DNA of 64,000 nt from an uncultured Lentisphaerota bacterium (GCA_903912445.1 CAIWHP010000084.1:3621-67620), one strand, 5' to 3'; counted from the first letter of the stretch, positions 1 to 9,608 are shown. The notes: generated by a model not told the origin, from the letters alone. Numbers and translations are program-made.

Positions 1-21
1 GGAAGTGGGACGGGCCGTTTT

Positions 22-68
22 TTCCAAGGCTTGGAAAAGTGCGCGGTCAACTTTTCCAAACCTTGGAA
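22..68. repeat. Palindromic 19-bp element array R1 (2 copies, centres about 29 and 61)
   Basis: ttttccaaggcttggaaaa then ttttccaaaccttggaacc, 32 bp apart, about 200 bp upstream of dksA-like gene. Confidence 0.8.
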
Positions 69-270
69 CCCGCTGTGCTGGATGACGCTGCATCAACGGG
101 TTTGTACCCGAAACGCGGGCGGCAGGCAATGGCGGCGAACGCCTCCCGGCCCGTGGCTGCATTTGGGCGCGCGATTTCGTTGACGCGCCGGAGGGGTTCT
201 GTTACAAGCCGCCGCCCATTTTGCGCCGCCGGTGATTCGCGCGGCAGCGGGAAGGGCGGTAAAGTAGCTT

Positions 271-720
271 ATGACGAACAAAAAAACACCGAAGCAAGTG
301 AAGCCTGTTGTCGAGAAAACAGAAGTTCCGGTCGTCAAACGTACCCTGACCCCGGCGGATGAAGTGGTGGCGTTCAAGCAGGTCAAATGGCCGACCACCG
401 AGGTGAAAGAGTTTCGCTCCACGCTGCTCAAGTTGCGCGACCGTGCGGCCGATGGTGTGGCTTTTCTATCGCGTGACAACCCGCAGCTCGTCAGCGGCGG
501 GCAGGAGTCGCTCTACGCCGTCAATGCCGCGCTGCAGCGCCTCGAGCTGGGCACCTATGGCGCCTGCGAGTCGTGCCACGAACTGATTGCCAAGGTCCGC
601 CTGCAGGCCCAGCCGTTTGCCAAGCTGTGCATCAAGTGCCAGTCGGAGGCGGAGAAGGGCAAGCTCCGCTATCGCCCGCTCGGCAAGACCCTGTCGCAGA
701 TCGAAGACCTCGAGGAGTGA
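271..720 (+). CDS. DksA/TraR family C4-type zinc-finger protein
   Basis: 149 aa ORF; CESCH...x17...CIKCQ four-cysteine zinc finger near the C-terminus, typical of DksA/TraR; lysine-rich N-terminus. Confidence 0.65.
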   Translation: MTNKKTPKQVKPVVEKTEVPVVKRTLTPADEVVAFKQVKWPTTEVKEFRSTLLKLRDRAADGVAFLSRDNPQLVSGGQESLYAVNAALQRLELGTYGACESCHELIAKVRLQAQPFAKLCIKCQSEAEKGKLRYRPLGKTLSQIEDLEE

Positions 721-969
721 GCCGGGGCTGCCGCGGGCGCCCACGGGGACTGCTGCGCCAGTACTTGGCGTGCTGATCAGCGGGAGCGTTTGTCGGTGGC
801 GTCTTCATCCCCGCGCAACCCGCAGCCCGGCGACACAGGGGCCGATCGTCCTGTCCGCGCCGTTTGGCTGCGATACGACAGCCCGCCCCTGCACCTCCAG
901 CCCGTACCTTCCGTAGCCGCCCGCGGCAGGGAAGGGCTGCTGGGGGAACAGTTCCGGCGCGCGGGGTCG

Positions 970-3900
970 TTACTTTATATCTTCTTCGCAGACCACGCGG
1001 AAGCCGGTGTTGAAGACCGGTTGCCAGGCGGGATAGGCATAGCGATAGGCGCTGGTGGCGCGGTATGGGCGGTCGTAGAACGAGCCGCCGCGCGCGACCT
1101 TGAGGCCGTCGGCATCGCTGCGGTCGCGGCCATCGTCGGCGTAGGGATAGGGCTGGTAGGTGGTGCGCGTCCACTCGCTGGCGTTGCCGTGCAGATCCTG
1201 CAGCCCCCAAGCGTTCGCCGCGTAGTTGCCGCAGGGCGCGGTGGCGATCGCGCCATCGTTGACGGAATCCACGCGCGGCAACCACTTGGGCGAGTTGCCG
1301 ACGAGCAGCGACGCGAGCCGCTGGTCGGCGAGGTTGGCTTGCTTGCCGAAGTCGGTGTCGAGCGCGCCGTAACTCAGCGGCGTGGTCGAGCCTGCGCGGC
1401 AGGCCCATTCCCACTGTGCTTCCGTCGGCAGCGTGAATTTCTTCCCGGTCTTTTTCGAGAGCCAGTCGCAGAAGGCCATCGCCTTGCTCCAAGAGAGGCG
1501 GATGGCGGGTTGCTTGCCCTGCTGGACCGGGACGCCGGCGGTGCTGTGGTCCTTGTTGAATTGCGAGATGAAGCCGCTGTCGTGGGCGGCATCGAACAGG
1601 CCGTACTGCGCGTTGCTGATCTCGAATTTCGCCATGTAGAACGGCTTCGCAATCTTCACGCGGCAGGTCGGCTGCTCGTCGCGCGCGCCGGCGGCGTCGC
1701 CCATGACGAACTCGCCGGCGGGCACCAGCACCAGTTCCAGCTTCTGCGTCGCGTTCAGGTCCACGCTCATGGTCTTCGGCAGCCCGGCGGATTCCTGCTT
1801 CTTCTTCGCCTCGGCGGCATCAAAGGGCCAGACGTTGGCGATGGTCGCCGGAAGGTTCGCGATCGGCGCGGGCGGCGTTGGTTTCACAAAGGCGACCGGC
1901 GCGGGCGGCGGGGTGGGGTAGACCTCGGGATCAAGGTCGTCGTAGGCGTAGAGCTTGCGCGCGGCCATGCGCTTGGCGTGATAGTCGTTCGAGATCTGGC
2001 GGTGCTCGCCCCACGTGCCGTGGTCGGGCACGTTGAGATCGATCCAGGTGATCAGCCGGTCCCATGCCTCGGCATCGAGCTGCACGCCATGGTGGCCCTT
2101 GCGCAGCATCTGGACCAGTTCCGAGGTCTCGGCGAAATATTCGCACGGCATCTGCATGTAGTAGCTGCTTTCCGGGCCGGGCCGGTAGATGTAGGGATGG
2201 AGAGCGAGGTAGGCGATGTCGAAGGGCAGCACGCGCTTCTTCTTGCCAGCGAGTTCCTTCTCCTCGCGGCCGGGCGAAAAATTCGGGAGCGTCTTGCCAT
2301 CGGGCCGCGCCGCGCCGTTGTGGCAGCCGGCGCAATATTTATCGAGTACCGGCTGGACCTCGCGTGGGAAGCTGAAGCCGCGGCGCGGACCGCGCCACGG
2401 TGTGATGTCCACCGGCGCCGCACGTGCGGCCATGGTAATCCGCGAGGCAGGCACCTCGTCGGTCTTCTCATGACAGCCGACGCACGAGAGGCGCTCGCCC
2501 GGCTGAGCGCTGAACCAGCTCCGCATGATCTGGAGCGCCCGCCCTTGCCCGTCGAGCGGCTGCACGGCGAGCGGCGTGTTGGCCGGCACCTTGAAGAACG
2601 CGGAACCGTCGGCGTTCACCGGCACCGTGCCCACGACGCGGCGCGCGTCCCACGGGCCGTCCACGCCGATGTTGATGTGGCCGCCCATGTGGCGGTAGGC
2701 AAAGTGATATTCGAACACGCGCAGGCTCTTGACCGTGCCGGGCGGCACGCCGGCGAGCCCGCGGCCCGCGTAGACATCGGCGAGATAGACCGTGGCCTCG
2801 CGCTCGCCCAGCTTGACGCGGTCGGGGATGATCGGCGGGCGCGGCGTCGCGCGGAGCGGCACCGGCTCAAACAACGCCATGCCCGGTTGCTCGAGGATCG
2901 GCACGAGGTTGTCGAAAACGTCGGCGAGATAGAGGCCCCACGGCGACTGCGGTGTCGGCTTGCACGACACGAGGAAATATTTTTCGTTCAGCGGGAACGG
3001 GTGCAGGAACCGCGGCCAGCTCGAGTTGACGAGGCCATCCTGAATCACCGGCTCGACCTTCTTGCCGCGGCCGGGGATGCGCTGCACGGCGCCCTCGGCC
3101 TCGAAACGGCCCTTGCCCATGTCGAAGAGAATCAGCTCGCCCATCCGCGGCACGCCGTGGTGGCCGGAAACAATGCCGACGAGCAGCGAGGGGTGGCCCG
3201 GTACCGGGCGCGCGAAAAAGACGCCGTTCGGCCAGTGCGAATTGCTGCCATAGATCGAGGCCTGCCCGGTGCCGTCGGGATTCATCGCGAACAGCAGGCG
3301 CGTGAAGTAGTGCGGCGTGTCGGTGTATTCCCAGCGCGAATAGAGGAGGCGGCCGTCGTTGAGCACCGTCGGGCACCAGTTGTGTTCCTGGTCATAGCAG
3401 AGCATCCGCGTCTGCCCGTTCGTCTCCATCAAGTAGAGGTTGCCCACGTAGTTGCCGCCGCCGACGCATGGCACGCCTTGGAAGCCCGCGGTCGAGTCGA
3501 ACACGATGCGGCCGTCCGGCAGATAGCAGGAGTCATAGTGGTCGATATCCACCTCGTCCGGCGTCACCTGCCGCAGCCCGGAGCCATCGGCCTTGACCTC
3601 CCAGATATGCCACTGCTCTGCGCTGACTTTCCTCTGCTTTTTGTCTGCCTGCTCGACGGTGTTCGTTTTCCGCGCCGGCATGGTGAACATCAGCTTGTCG
3701 GCGTCGAAGTTCAGGTCCACATCGCCCACGAACACGCTCTCCTGCGGACGGAAAAGCGTCGTCAGCTTGCCGTCGGGGCGCACGGGCGAAAGAACCGCGA
3801 TCTCGTTGTCGAATTTCCCGCGCAGGACGTCGTCGCCCTGCCAGTTCTGCGGCAGGCCGAGGCCGCCGCCCTGCGAATTGTTCGGATCGGCGCGCTTCAC

Positions 3901-4320
3901 CAGCATCAGCTTTTCGAAATCCAGCAGCGGATTTTCCAGCAGCGCCTGCCGGCGCAGTGCCAGCAGAGGCGCGCGCAGCTCCTCCGCCGATGCGCCCGCC
4001 GCGAACTTCTGCTCCAGCGTGCCGAGCTGCTTCAGGAAGTCCGCGCCGTGGGTGTACTTTCCGGGGAATGACTTGGTCAGGTCCTCGATCGCCAGCCGCA
4101 GCGCGACGAAGGCGTTGGAGTTGACGCCGCCGACCAGGTCGCGCGCCTCGGCCGCGTTCGCCAGCGCCGCCGGCGCGTTGATCATCCGCTGGGCGGCCTG
4201 TTCTTTCTTGGCCGTCTTGATGGGCGTGGGCTTGTCCGGGTTCTGGTTCTTCGGCGCCGCGTAGGCGGTCGCCATCACCAGGGCCATGCTGGCCGTCAAA
4301 ATTAGGATCCGCATCGTCAT
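970..4320 (-). CDS. Large secreted multidomain protein: N-terminal beta-propeller-like region, two c-type heme motifs (CVGCH, CAGCH), C-terminal FGE-sulfatase (SUMF1/DUF323-like) domain lacking the FGE catalytic Cys pair
   Basis: ATG at 4320 (MTMRILILTASMALVMATAYA signal peptide). CxxCH twice. C-terminal GLQDLHGNASEWT...RGGSFYD...RSAYRYAY matches the FGE-sulfatase fold, but the CxPxxCxxYR catalytic motif is absent. Confidence 0.7.
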   Translation of the reverse strand: MTMRILILTASMALVMATAYAAPKNQNPDKPTPIKTAKKEQAAQRMINAPAALANAAEARDLVGGVNSNAFVALRLAIEDLTKSFPGKYTHGADFLKQLGTLEQKFAAGASAEELRAPLLALRRQALLENPLLDFEKLMLVKRADPNNSQGGGLGLPQNWQGDDVLRGKFDNEIAVLSPVRPDGKLTTLFRPQESVFVGDVDLNFDADKLMFTMPARKTNTVEQADKKQRKVSAEQWHIWEVKADGSGLRQVTPDEVDIDHYDSCYLPDGRIVFDSTAGFQGVPCVGGGNYVGNLYLMETNGQTRMLCYDQEHNWCPTVLNDGRLLYSRWEYTDTPHYFTRLLFAMNPDGTGQASIYGSNSHWPNGVFFARPVPGHPSLLVGIVSGHHGVPRMGELILFDMGKGRFEAEGAVQRIPGRGKKVEPVIQDGLVNSSWPRFLHPFPLNEKYFLVSCKPTPQSPWGLYLADVFDNLVPILEQPGMALFEPVPLRATPRPPIIPDRVKLGEREATVYLADVYAGRGLAGVPPGTVKSLRVFEYHFAYRHMGGHINIGVDGPWDARRVVGTVPVNADGSAFFKVPANTPLAVQPLDGQGRALQIMRSWFSAQPGERLSCVGCHEKTDEVPASRITMAARAAPVDITPWRGPRRGFSFPREVQPVLDKYCAGCHNGAARPDGKTLPNFSPGREEKELAGKKKRVLPFDIAYLALHPYIYRPGPESSYYMQMPCEYFAETSELVQMLRKGHHGVQLDAEAWDRLITWIDLNVPDHGTWGEHRQISNDYHAKRMAARKLYAYDDLDPEVYPTPPPAPVAFVKPTPPAPIANLPATIANVWPFDAAEAKKKQESAGLPKTMSVDLNATQKLELVLVPAGEFVMGDAAGARDEQPTCRVKIAKPFYMAKFEISNAQYGLFDAAHDSGFISQFNKDHSTAGVPVQQGKQPAIRLSWSKAMAFCDWLSKKTGKKFTLPTEAQWEWACRAGSTTPLSYGALDTDFGKQANLADQRLASLLVGNSPKWLPRVDSVNDGAIATAPCGNYAANAWGLQDLHGNASEWTRTTYQPYPYADDGRDRSDADGLKVARGGSFYDRPYRATSAYRYAYPAWQPVFNTGFRVVCEEDIK

Positions 4321-4331
4321 TCCTTCCCGTT

Positions 4332-4408
4332 TTCCAAGGCTTGGAAAACGCGCCACGTTTTATCCCAAAACTTGAAAAAAAGCGCTACTGCTTTTCCCGG
4401 CCTTGAAA
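4332..4408. repeat. Palindromic element array R2 (3 copies, centres about 4339, 4370, 4401; last two degenerate)
   Basis: ttttccaaggcttggaaaa / tcccaaaacttgaaaa / ttcccggccttgaaa, 31 bp phasing, begins 12 bp upstream of the ATG at 4320. Confidence 0.75.
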
Positions 4409-4464
4409 TTCCGCACGCAACAAAGACAGCCCGACAACGCGCCCCTCGGGGCGATATTGTGGCC

Positions 4465-4839
4465 TCACGGCGCGGAAGCATGCGGATACATCCGCGGGAA
4501 ATTCGGCTGGAACGGTTCCTGGTAGCGATAGAGTTCGGGATAGCCGTTCGGCGCGTGCGACGGGGGCGACGGCTCGCCGCGCAGGAACGCGCGCACCACG
4601 CGCAGCCGGTCGCGCGTGGCTTCCAAGCCCACGAAGCGCTCGCCGAAATACCAGCCGCTCCACTTTTCCAGCTCGCCCGCGCGCATCGCGACAAAAACTT
4701 TTTCCAGCGCCGCCAGCGCCTTCTCGATGGAGGTGAGCGCCTGCGCCTTGTCGCCCTTGCCGTAGGCGGTCAGCGCCGCGCCGTAGTTCTCCAGCATCTC
4801 CAGCGCGTGCAAATGAATTTGCAGTTGCGTGAACAGGTG
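4465..4839 (-). pseudogene. In-frame continuation of the GH115-like gene after TAA (C-terminal about 125 aa); the gene is either interrupted or recoded
   Basis: Same reading frame as 4840..6513. Protein-like sequence (ALEMLENYGAALTAYGKGDKAQALTSIEKALAALEKVF...) with no start codon or RBS of its own. Confidence 0.45.
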
Positions 4840-6513
4840 TTACCGGAAAAACGCGCGGCGCTCCGCCGGTATGCGCGCCGCGAGCGCGTTCGCGTCGGTG
4901 GCGAGCTGCGCCACGATGGTGCGGTTGGTGGCGGCGAACGAGAGCATCGCGCGCGCCTTGCCGAGCGCATCCTTGGTGAGCGGCTTGGCGCGGGCCATGA
5001 GCGGCGCCGCGATGCGGTTGAGCGTGCGCTGCATCGTAATCAAGTGGTTGTCGCCGAAGCGCGCTTCCTGCCGCTGATAGGGGATGTCGAAGTAGCGCGT
5101 ATAGAGCGCGGCGAGATCCTCCGCCACCGCCGCGCCCTTTTCGCGGCCGCACCACTCGCGCAGATAGGTGCTCATGTTCTCGGCATCGCTCTTGCCGGCC
5201 TGCGGCGCGGCGTTCCAAGCATAGCGCATCGCGCACTCGGTCGAGAGCGGCACGGGGCGGACATCGCTGACGTTGACGAGGAAAAAGTTCGTCGCGCCCG
5301 TGCGGATAAAGCGGCCAATTTCGCTGTAGATGCGGCTCGGCGGCACCATCTCGCTCAGCTGGTTCGCGCTGCTGTTGAGCATCGCGGTGTGATAGTAGAC
5401 GCCCTGCCCGGCCTGCACGGTGCCGTTGTCGCGGATCATGCCGGAGCCGTCGTCGGGCCAGACCTGCACGACGCCGGCGGGCAGCTTGAGGTGGCCCGCG
5501 TGCATCATCTCCGCGCCCTCCGCCCACAGGTTCGCGATGATCATGCCCTGCGGGTCGGCGGCGCGGATCAGCTCGACCTGCTTGGCAATCGCGGCGGTGA
5601 TGACCGCGCCGCGCGCCTCCGGCGTCTTCAGCTCCGGCTCGTCCACCCAGAACGGCCGGTCGTGCTTGCCGCGGTAGCCCACGGTCCAGACGACCTCGCG
5701 GCCCTTGTAGGCGGCGATGCAGTCGCGCCAGTAGCGCTCCATGAGCTCGGGATGCTTCGAGTAGGAGAAGGGCATGTCCTGCGGCCAGCGGTAGGTGTTC
5801 AGGCCCACGACGAGGATGTGGTGCATGTTCAGCGCCAGCCCGCGGCGCGCCGCCAGTTCCCAGCAGCGCTCGTCGGGATAGTTGAACGTCCCCGGCACGA
5901 GCAGGTTGCCGCGCAGGCGCAGCAGCGTCTCGCAGATGCGGTCGAGCATCTCCAGCGAGAACACATTTTCGCGCAGCGGATCGGGCGCGAAGCCGCCAAG
6001 CAGGTCCTCGTCGTTGATGAACCAGCCGCGGTAGCGGAAGGTGGCCGGGCCGAAATCCTTTTTGAAGCCGGCGGGCACCTCGATCTGCGCGCGGCGCACC
6101 GGTTCGTGATCGGCCCAGTACCACCACGGATCTACGCCCAGGATTTCCTCCGAAAGCGCGTACGCCGCGTAGATCGCGCCGCGCACATCTGCGCCCTGCG
6201 CCACCAACGCCTGGCCCTCCAGCCGCAACGCAAAACTTTCCGGCGCACCCGCCGCGCCCGTCAGCCCGAAGCGGATCACCGGCCCCGTCCACGACTTCGG
6301 CGCCTCCGCCAAAATCACCGGACGGTGGCCGAATACCTTGTACCAGTCGCGCTCGACATCGCAGAGCGCGCGCTGCAACGCCTCCGGCTGGTTCGTCGCC
6401 ACCAGCCACGGCGTATCGGCGTTGAACACGATCCCGCCTTCGCCCGCGATCGCGCCCGCGCGCACCAGCAGCGCCACCACCGCGCCACACCAGAATATTT
6501 TCATGTTCTTCAT
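4840..6513 (-). CDS. GH115-like glycoside hydrolase (alpha-glucuronidase family), N-terminal and catalytic part, ends at an in-frame TAA
   Basis: ATG at 6513 (MKNMKIFWCGAVVALLVRAGA signal). Motifs GWFINDEDLL, GTFNYPDE, VWTVGYRG resemble GH115. TAA at 4840-4842. Confidence 0.6.
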   Translation of the reverse strand: MKNMKIFWCGAVVALLVRAGAIAGEGGIVFNADTPWLVATNQPEALQRALCDVERDWYKVFGHRPVILAEAPKSWTGPVIRFGLTGAAGAPESFALRLEGQALVAQGADVRGAIYAAYALSEEILGVDPWWYWADHEPVRRAQIEVPAGFKKDFGPATFRYRGWFINDEDLLGGFAPDPLRENVFSLEMLDRICETLLRLRGNLLVPGTFNYPDERCWELAARRGLALNMHHILVVGLNTYRWPQDMPFSYSKHPELMERYWRDCIAAYKGREVVWTVGYRGKHDRPFWVDEPELKTPEARGAVITAAIAKQVELIRAADPQGMIIANLWAEGAEMMHAGHLKLPAGVVQVWPDDGSGMIRDNGTVQAGQGVYYHTAMLNSSANQLSEMVPPSRIYSEIGRFIRTGATNFFLVNVSDVRPVPLSTECAMRYAWNAAPQAGKSDAENMSTYLREWCGREKGAAVAEDLAALYTRYFDIPYQRQEARFGDNHLITMQRTLNRIAAPLMARAKPLTKDALGKARAMLSFAATNRTIVAQLATDANALAARIPAERRAFFR

Positions 6514-6530
6514 CGCTCGTTCCTCTCGTA

Positions 6531-6609
6531 TTCCAAGCCTTGGAACTGCGGACGCCAGAGTTTTCCAAGCCTTGGAAAAAGATGCGAGTCTCTTTTCCAA
6601 GCATTGGAA
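6531..6609. repeat. Palindromic element array R3 (3 copies, centres 6538, 6570, 6602)
   Basis: ttccaagccttggaa x2 and ttccaagcattggaa, 32 bp phasing, 18 bp upstream of the GH115-like ATG (6513). Confidence 0.85.
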
Positions 6610-6695
6610 AACCACAGACGTAGTTTGGTTTCGCGCCAAGGCCGCGAAGCTCGCCAAGGTGCTTTTGTAATTCCCGCAACAGATCAACAGCAGAC

Positions 6696-6714
6696 GCCGA
6701 GTCGGAGACTCGGC
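6696..6714 (-). terminator. Stem-loop gccgagtc-gga-gactcggc (8-bp stem), candidate terminator or structured element downstream of GH78-like gene
   Basis: Perfect 8-bp inverted repeat with a 3-nt loop; no U tract. Confidence 0.3.
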
Positions 6715-6742
6715 CTACAATTCAATCAACCTCGCGCTGTAG

Positions 6743-6761
6743 GCCGGGTCTCCGACCCGGC
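6743..6761 (-). terminator. Stem-loop gccgggtc-tcc-gacccggc (8-bp stem), an inverted near-copy of the 6696 hairpin
   Basis: Perfect 8-bp inverted repeat; the a->g/t->c difference from hairpin 1 preserves base pairing; the loop is the complement of hairpin 1's loop. Confidence 0.3.
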
Positions 6762-6831
6762 GCACAACGCCCAAACTTCGATCGCTTGTACACGTGTGAA
6801 TTTGTCATGTGAGGATTTCGGCGTTGCAAGT

Positions 6832-9477
6832 TCAGTGGCTGACCACCGGCATCGTGAATTCCGCGCCGCCGGCGGGGAGGCGGTAGCGGTGCGGGGCGCC
6901 GGGCGGTATGGCGCCGTCGAGGTAGCTGAAGGGCACGCCGACGCCTGCGGGCAGCACGAGTTCGGCTTCGCAAGCGGGCGGCAGCTTGACGCTGATGCGG
7001 TGGACCGTGCCGTCGCGATGCGCCTTGAACTCGATGGGTCCGCGCGGCGTGTGGCTGATCGTTTCGAGGTCGGGCAGGTCGCCGAGCTGCGGGCGCAGTT
7101 GCACGCGCGCGAAGCCGGGCGCGAGCGGGCGCAGGCCGACGATCTCCTGATGCAGAATGAAAACCGGCGCGAGCGGGCAGTGGCTCCATTGCGCGCTGGC
7201 ATCGGTGGGCGCGGTCCAGTTTTCCTGCAAGGAGTTGTTCTCGACCACCGAGCGCATCGTGGCCCAGCGCGTGCGGAAATCTTTCAAGATCACGTCGGTG
7301 CGGCCGAGCTTGCCGAGCGCCCAGTAGCGCCAGCCGGCGTTGCACGGGTAGGAGAAGCCCATGTTCTTTGGCATCTCGACGAGCGCTTTGAGCGCGGCGG
7401 CGGTGTCGCCGCCGGGACACTGGTCGAACAGGATGGAGGTTGCGAGCGCGCGGTCGCTCATGCGCGGGGCTTTGTCCTCGGCGAGCCACGGCAGGTTATC
7501 GAGGAACACGCGCTCGTCCTTGCTCCAGAATTTCGCGGTCGTTGCGCGTAGGAGTTCGGCGCCGCGCTCGCGCGCCTCGGTGGCGCGGGCCCCATCGCCC
7601 ATCGCGGTGGCGAGCGGCGCGAGCGCGTGGGTGAACATCGCGGCGGTGTAGAGGTTGAACGCGCACTGGCGGTCGCGCTGGTTGCGGTAGGCGCTGTGGT
7701 CGATCCAGACATTCGGGATGCCGAGATCCTCGACCGGCAGCAGGCCGTTCCTGTCGCGCAGCGCCCAGAGGTAGTCGCCGAAGCGCAGCAGGCGCGGGAA
7801 CGGCTCGCGCCCGGCGTCGAGGTCGCCGGTTTCGAGGTAGTGGTTCCAGTTGTCGAAGACGAAGCCCACGCCGTGGTCGAGCAGCGGGCCCCAGTAGGCC
7901 GCGTCGAGCTCGCGCTGCGGCAGGCGCGCGAGGCGGTCGAAGGCGGGATAGCAGTCGAGGAAGAAGCCGCTCTTGGTCAGGCCCTCGCTGAACGTGCGGA
8001 GGTAGCGCGCGACGATGCGCTGCTCGCCGAACGCGTAGCGGATCGCGTGCATCTGGTGGCCGCCGTCGCCGCTGTACTGCTGCCGCTCGCGGCCCATGCC
8101 GTCCACGATGGACTCGATGGCGGAATTGCGCAGCGTGTTGATCGAGGCGTCGAAGAGCCGTTGCAGCGGCGCCTCGGAGGTGCGGATCCGGGGCGTTTGC
8201 GGCCAGTCATATTGCCGGCGCCGCAGGCCGACGCCGCGCACGGTCACCGGGCGCGATGCGTTGCGGATGTGAAGCTGGAGCCAGCGGAACGATTCGAAAT
8301 CGAACGTCTCGAATTCGTTCAGGCCTTCGCGGCAGACGAAGCGGCTCCACGAAAAATGGTTGCTGTCGAGCCAGCGCGTCTTCTGCGGGTCATGGCCTTC
8401 CTGCGGAATCAGTTCGACGATGGTGCCCGCCGGCGCCTCGATGGAAAAGCGCGGGAAGCCGACCATCTGCTCGGCGAAGACGAACGTGGCCTCGACGCCC
8501 TCATCCGGTTTCGCCGTCGCCGGCAGTTCCCATGCGTCTGCGCCTTTCGCGACGGCGACGGGCGCGCCAGCCACCACGAAGGCGTCCTTCATCTGCACAT
8601 CGAACCAGTCGGCCGGGTCGCGGTTCCAGTGGACGTGGCCGGAGTGCGCCAGCGCCTGTGCAGCTATGATGGTTTCGCGCGTCGGCGGAATTTGTCGCAT
8701 CCGCAGCGACGAGACTTCCGGCGCGGTGTGGTCCACGCTGTCGCTCGACCAGCCGCCGCCGGCGCACGACGAACCTTTGTCGGGTGGGCACTTGAGTTCC
8801 TGCGCTGCGATCCATTTCGTATCGGGCTGGAAGCCGGTCGTGTCCCAGCCCTGCGGCCAGAGGCGCGCGTCAAATTCTTCCTGTAGCGCGCGCAGGAACC
8901 AGCGCTTGTAGTGGCCCGGCTGGTGCGCGCGGTCGAGCAGCGCCAGCCAGCTTTTATCGCTGACGACATGCTGGCGCGCGCCTGCTACGTCGAGGTCGAG
9001 GTTGAAGAGCAGCCCCGGCTTGCCACCCGGCCACGTGCCCTCGCCGAAGCCGTAGAAGAGCACTTCCACGCCGATCACGTTCTTGCCGGCCTTCAAGAAG
9101 GGTTTCAGGTCGAGCGGGTCGGCGTCGAGGTTGCGCGGGTCGCACGGCGCCGGACCCCACTGTACACGCTGGCCGTTGACCGTGACGAGATAGCGGCTGT
9201 CCGCGGCGATCCAGCCGAACGCGCTCGTCGGCGCGGCGGAGAGTTCGACTTCCTTGCGGAACAACACGAACGTATTCGGCAGCGTGCGCTGCGAGGGCAG
9301 CCAGATCCATTTTGCCGGCGCGAGCGAGAGCGCGCGCGGTTGCGTCGCGGCGTGCGCATCCTTGCCGAACCGGAGCGCCGTCGCCTCCGCCGCCGAAATT
9401 GGCGCGGCGGTCTCTGCGGAGGCTGCGCAGCTCAACAGCCCCGCCGCATACAGTGCGATTGCCCTAGATTTCATCAT
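6832..9477 (-). CDS. GH78-like alpha-L-rhamnosidase family protein (six-hairpin glycosidase), secreted
   Basis: 881 aa. N-terminal signal MMKSRAIALYAAGLLSCAASA. Size and domain order (N-terminal beta-sandwich then alpha/alpha-6 barrel region) resemble bacterial rhamnosidases. Confidence 0.5.
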   Translation of the reverse strand: MMKSRAIALYAAGLLSCAASAETAAPISAAEATALRFGKDAHAATQPRALSLAPAKWIWLPSQRTLPNTFVLFRKEVELSAAPTSAFGWIAADSRYLVTVNGQRVQWGPAPCDPRNLDADPLDLKPFLKAGKNVIGVEVLFYGFGEGTWPGGKPGLLFNLDLDVAGARQHVVSDKSWLALLDRAHQPGHYKRWFLRALQEEFDARLWPQGWDTTGFQPDTKWIAAQELKCPPDKGSSCAGGGWSSDSVDHTAPEVSSLRMRQIPPTRETIIAAQALAHSGHVHWNRDPADWFDVQMKDAFVVAGAPVAVAKGADAWELPATAKPDEGVEATFVFAEQMVGFPRFSIEAPAGTIVELIPQEGHDPQKTRWLDSNHFSWSRFVCREGLNEFETFDFESFRWLQLHIRNASRPVTVRGVGLRRRQYDWPQTPRIRTSEAPLQRLFDASINTLRNSAIESIVDGMGRERQQYSGDGGHQMHAIRYAFGEQRIVARYLRTFSEGLTKSGFFLDCYPAFDRLARLPQRELDAAYWGPLLDHGVGFVFDNWNHYLETGDLDAGREPFPRLLRFGDYLWALRDRNGLLPVEDLGIPNVWIDHSAYRNQRDRQCAFNLYTAAMFTHALAPLATAMGDGARATEARERGAELLRATTAKFWSKDERVFLDNLPWLAEDKAPRMSDRALATSILFDQCPGGDTAAALKALVEMPKNMGFSYPCNAGWRYWALGKLGRTDVILKDFRTRWATMRSVVENNSLQENWTAPTDASAQWSHCPLAPVFILHQEIVGLRPLAPGFARVQLRPQLGDLPDLETISHTPRGPIEFKAHRDGTVHRISVKLPPACEAELVLPAGVGVPFSYLDGAIPPGAPHRYRLPAGGAEFTMPVVSH

Positions 9478-9608
9478 GGAGCGCTCCTCATCTTCCCAAT
9501 GGTTTCGGCGGCAGGATTCTATCCGATGCCGATGGAAAGAGCCATGCCGCGCGAGCGCCGGCTAAGGGCTTGTTGCCAGCGGTGATAGACACCTGCTACA
9601 TTCGGTTC

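Noticed and set aside
903-936. ccttcc...ggaagg inverted repeat between convergent genes at 720/970
   Set aside because: Only a 6-bp stem with a 17-nt loop and no U tract, so too weak to call a terminator.
790-4071. 1093-aa plus-strand ORF (and similar long ORFs at 4372-7551 +, 4385-6679 -, 20301-22481 -, 27257-29674 +, 52595-55570 +, 52659-55064 -, 60315-62375 +, 43115-44836 -, 44952-46226 -)
   Set aside because: They are antisense to, or out of frame with, genes that have clear domain signatures. Their translations are Arg/Ala/Gly/Pro-rich low-complexity sequence, typical of spurious ORFs in 65% GC DNA, and they lack signal peptides, motifs and RBSs.
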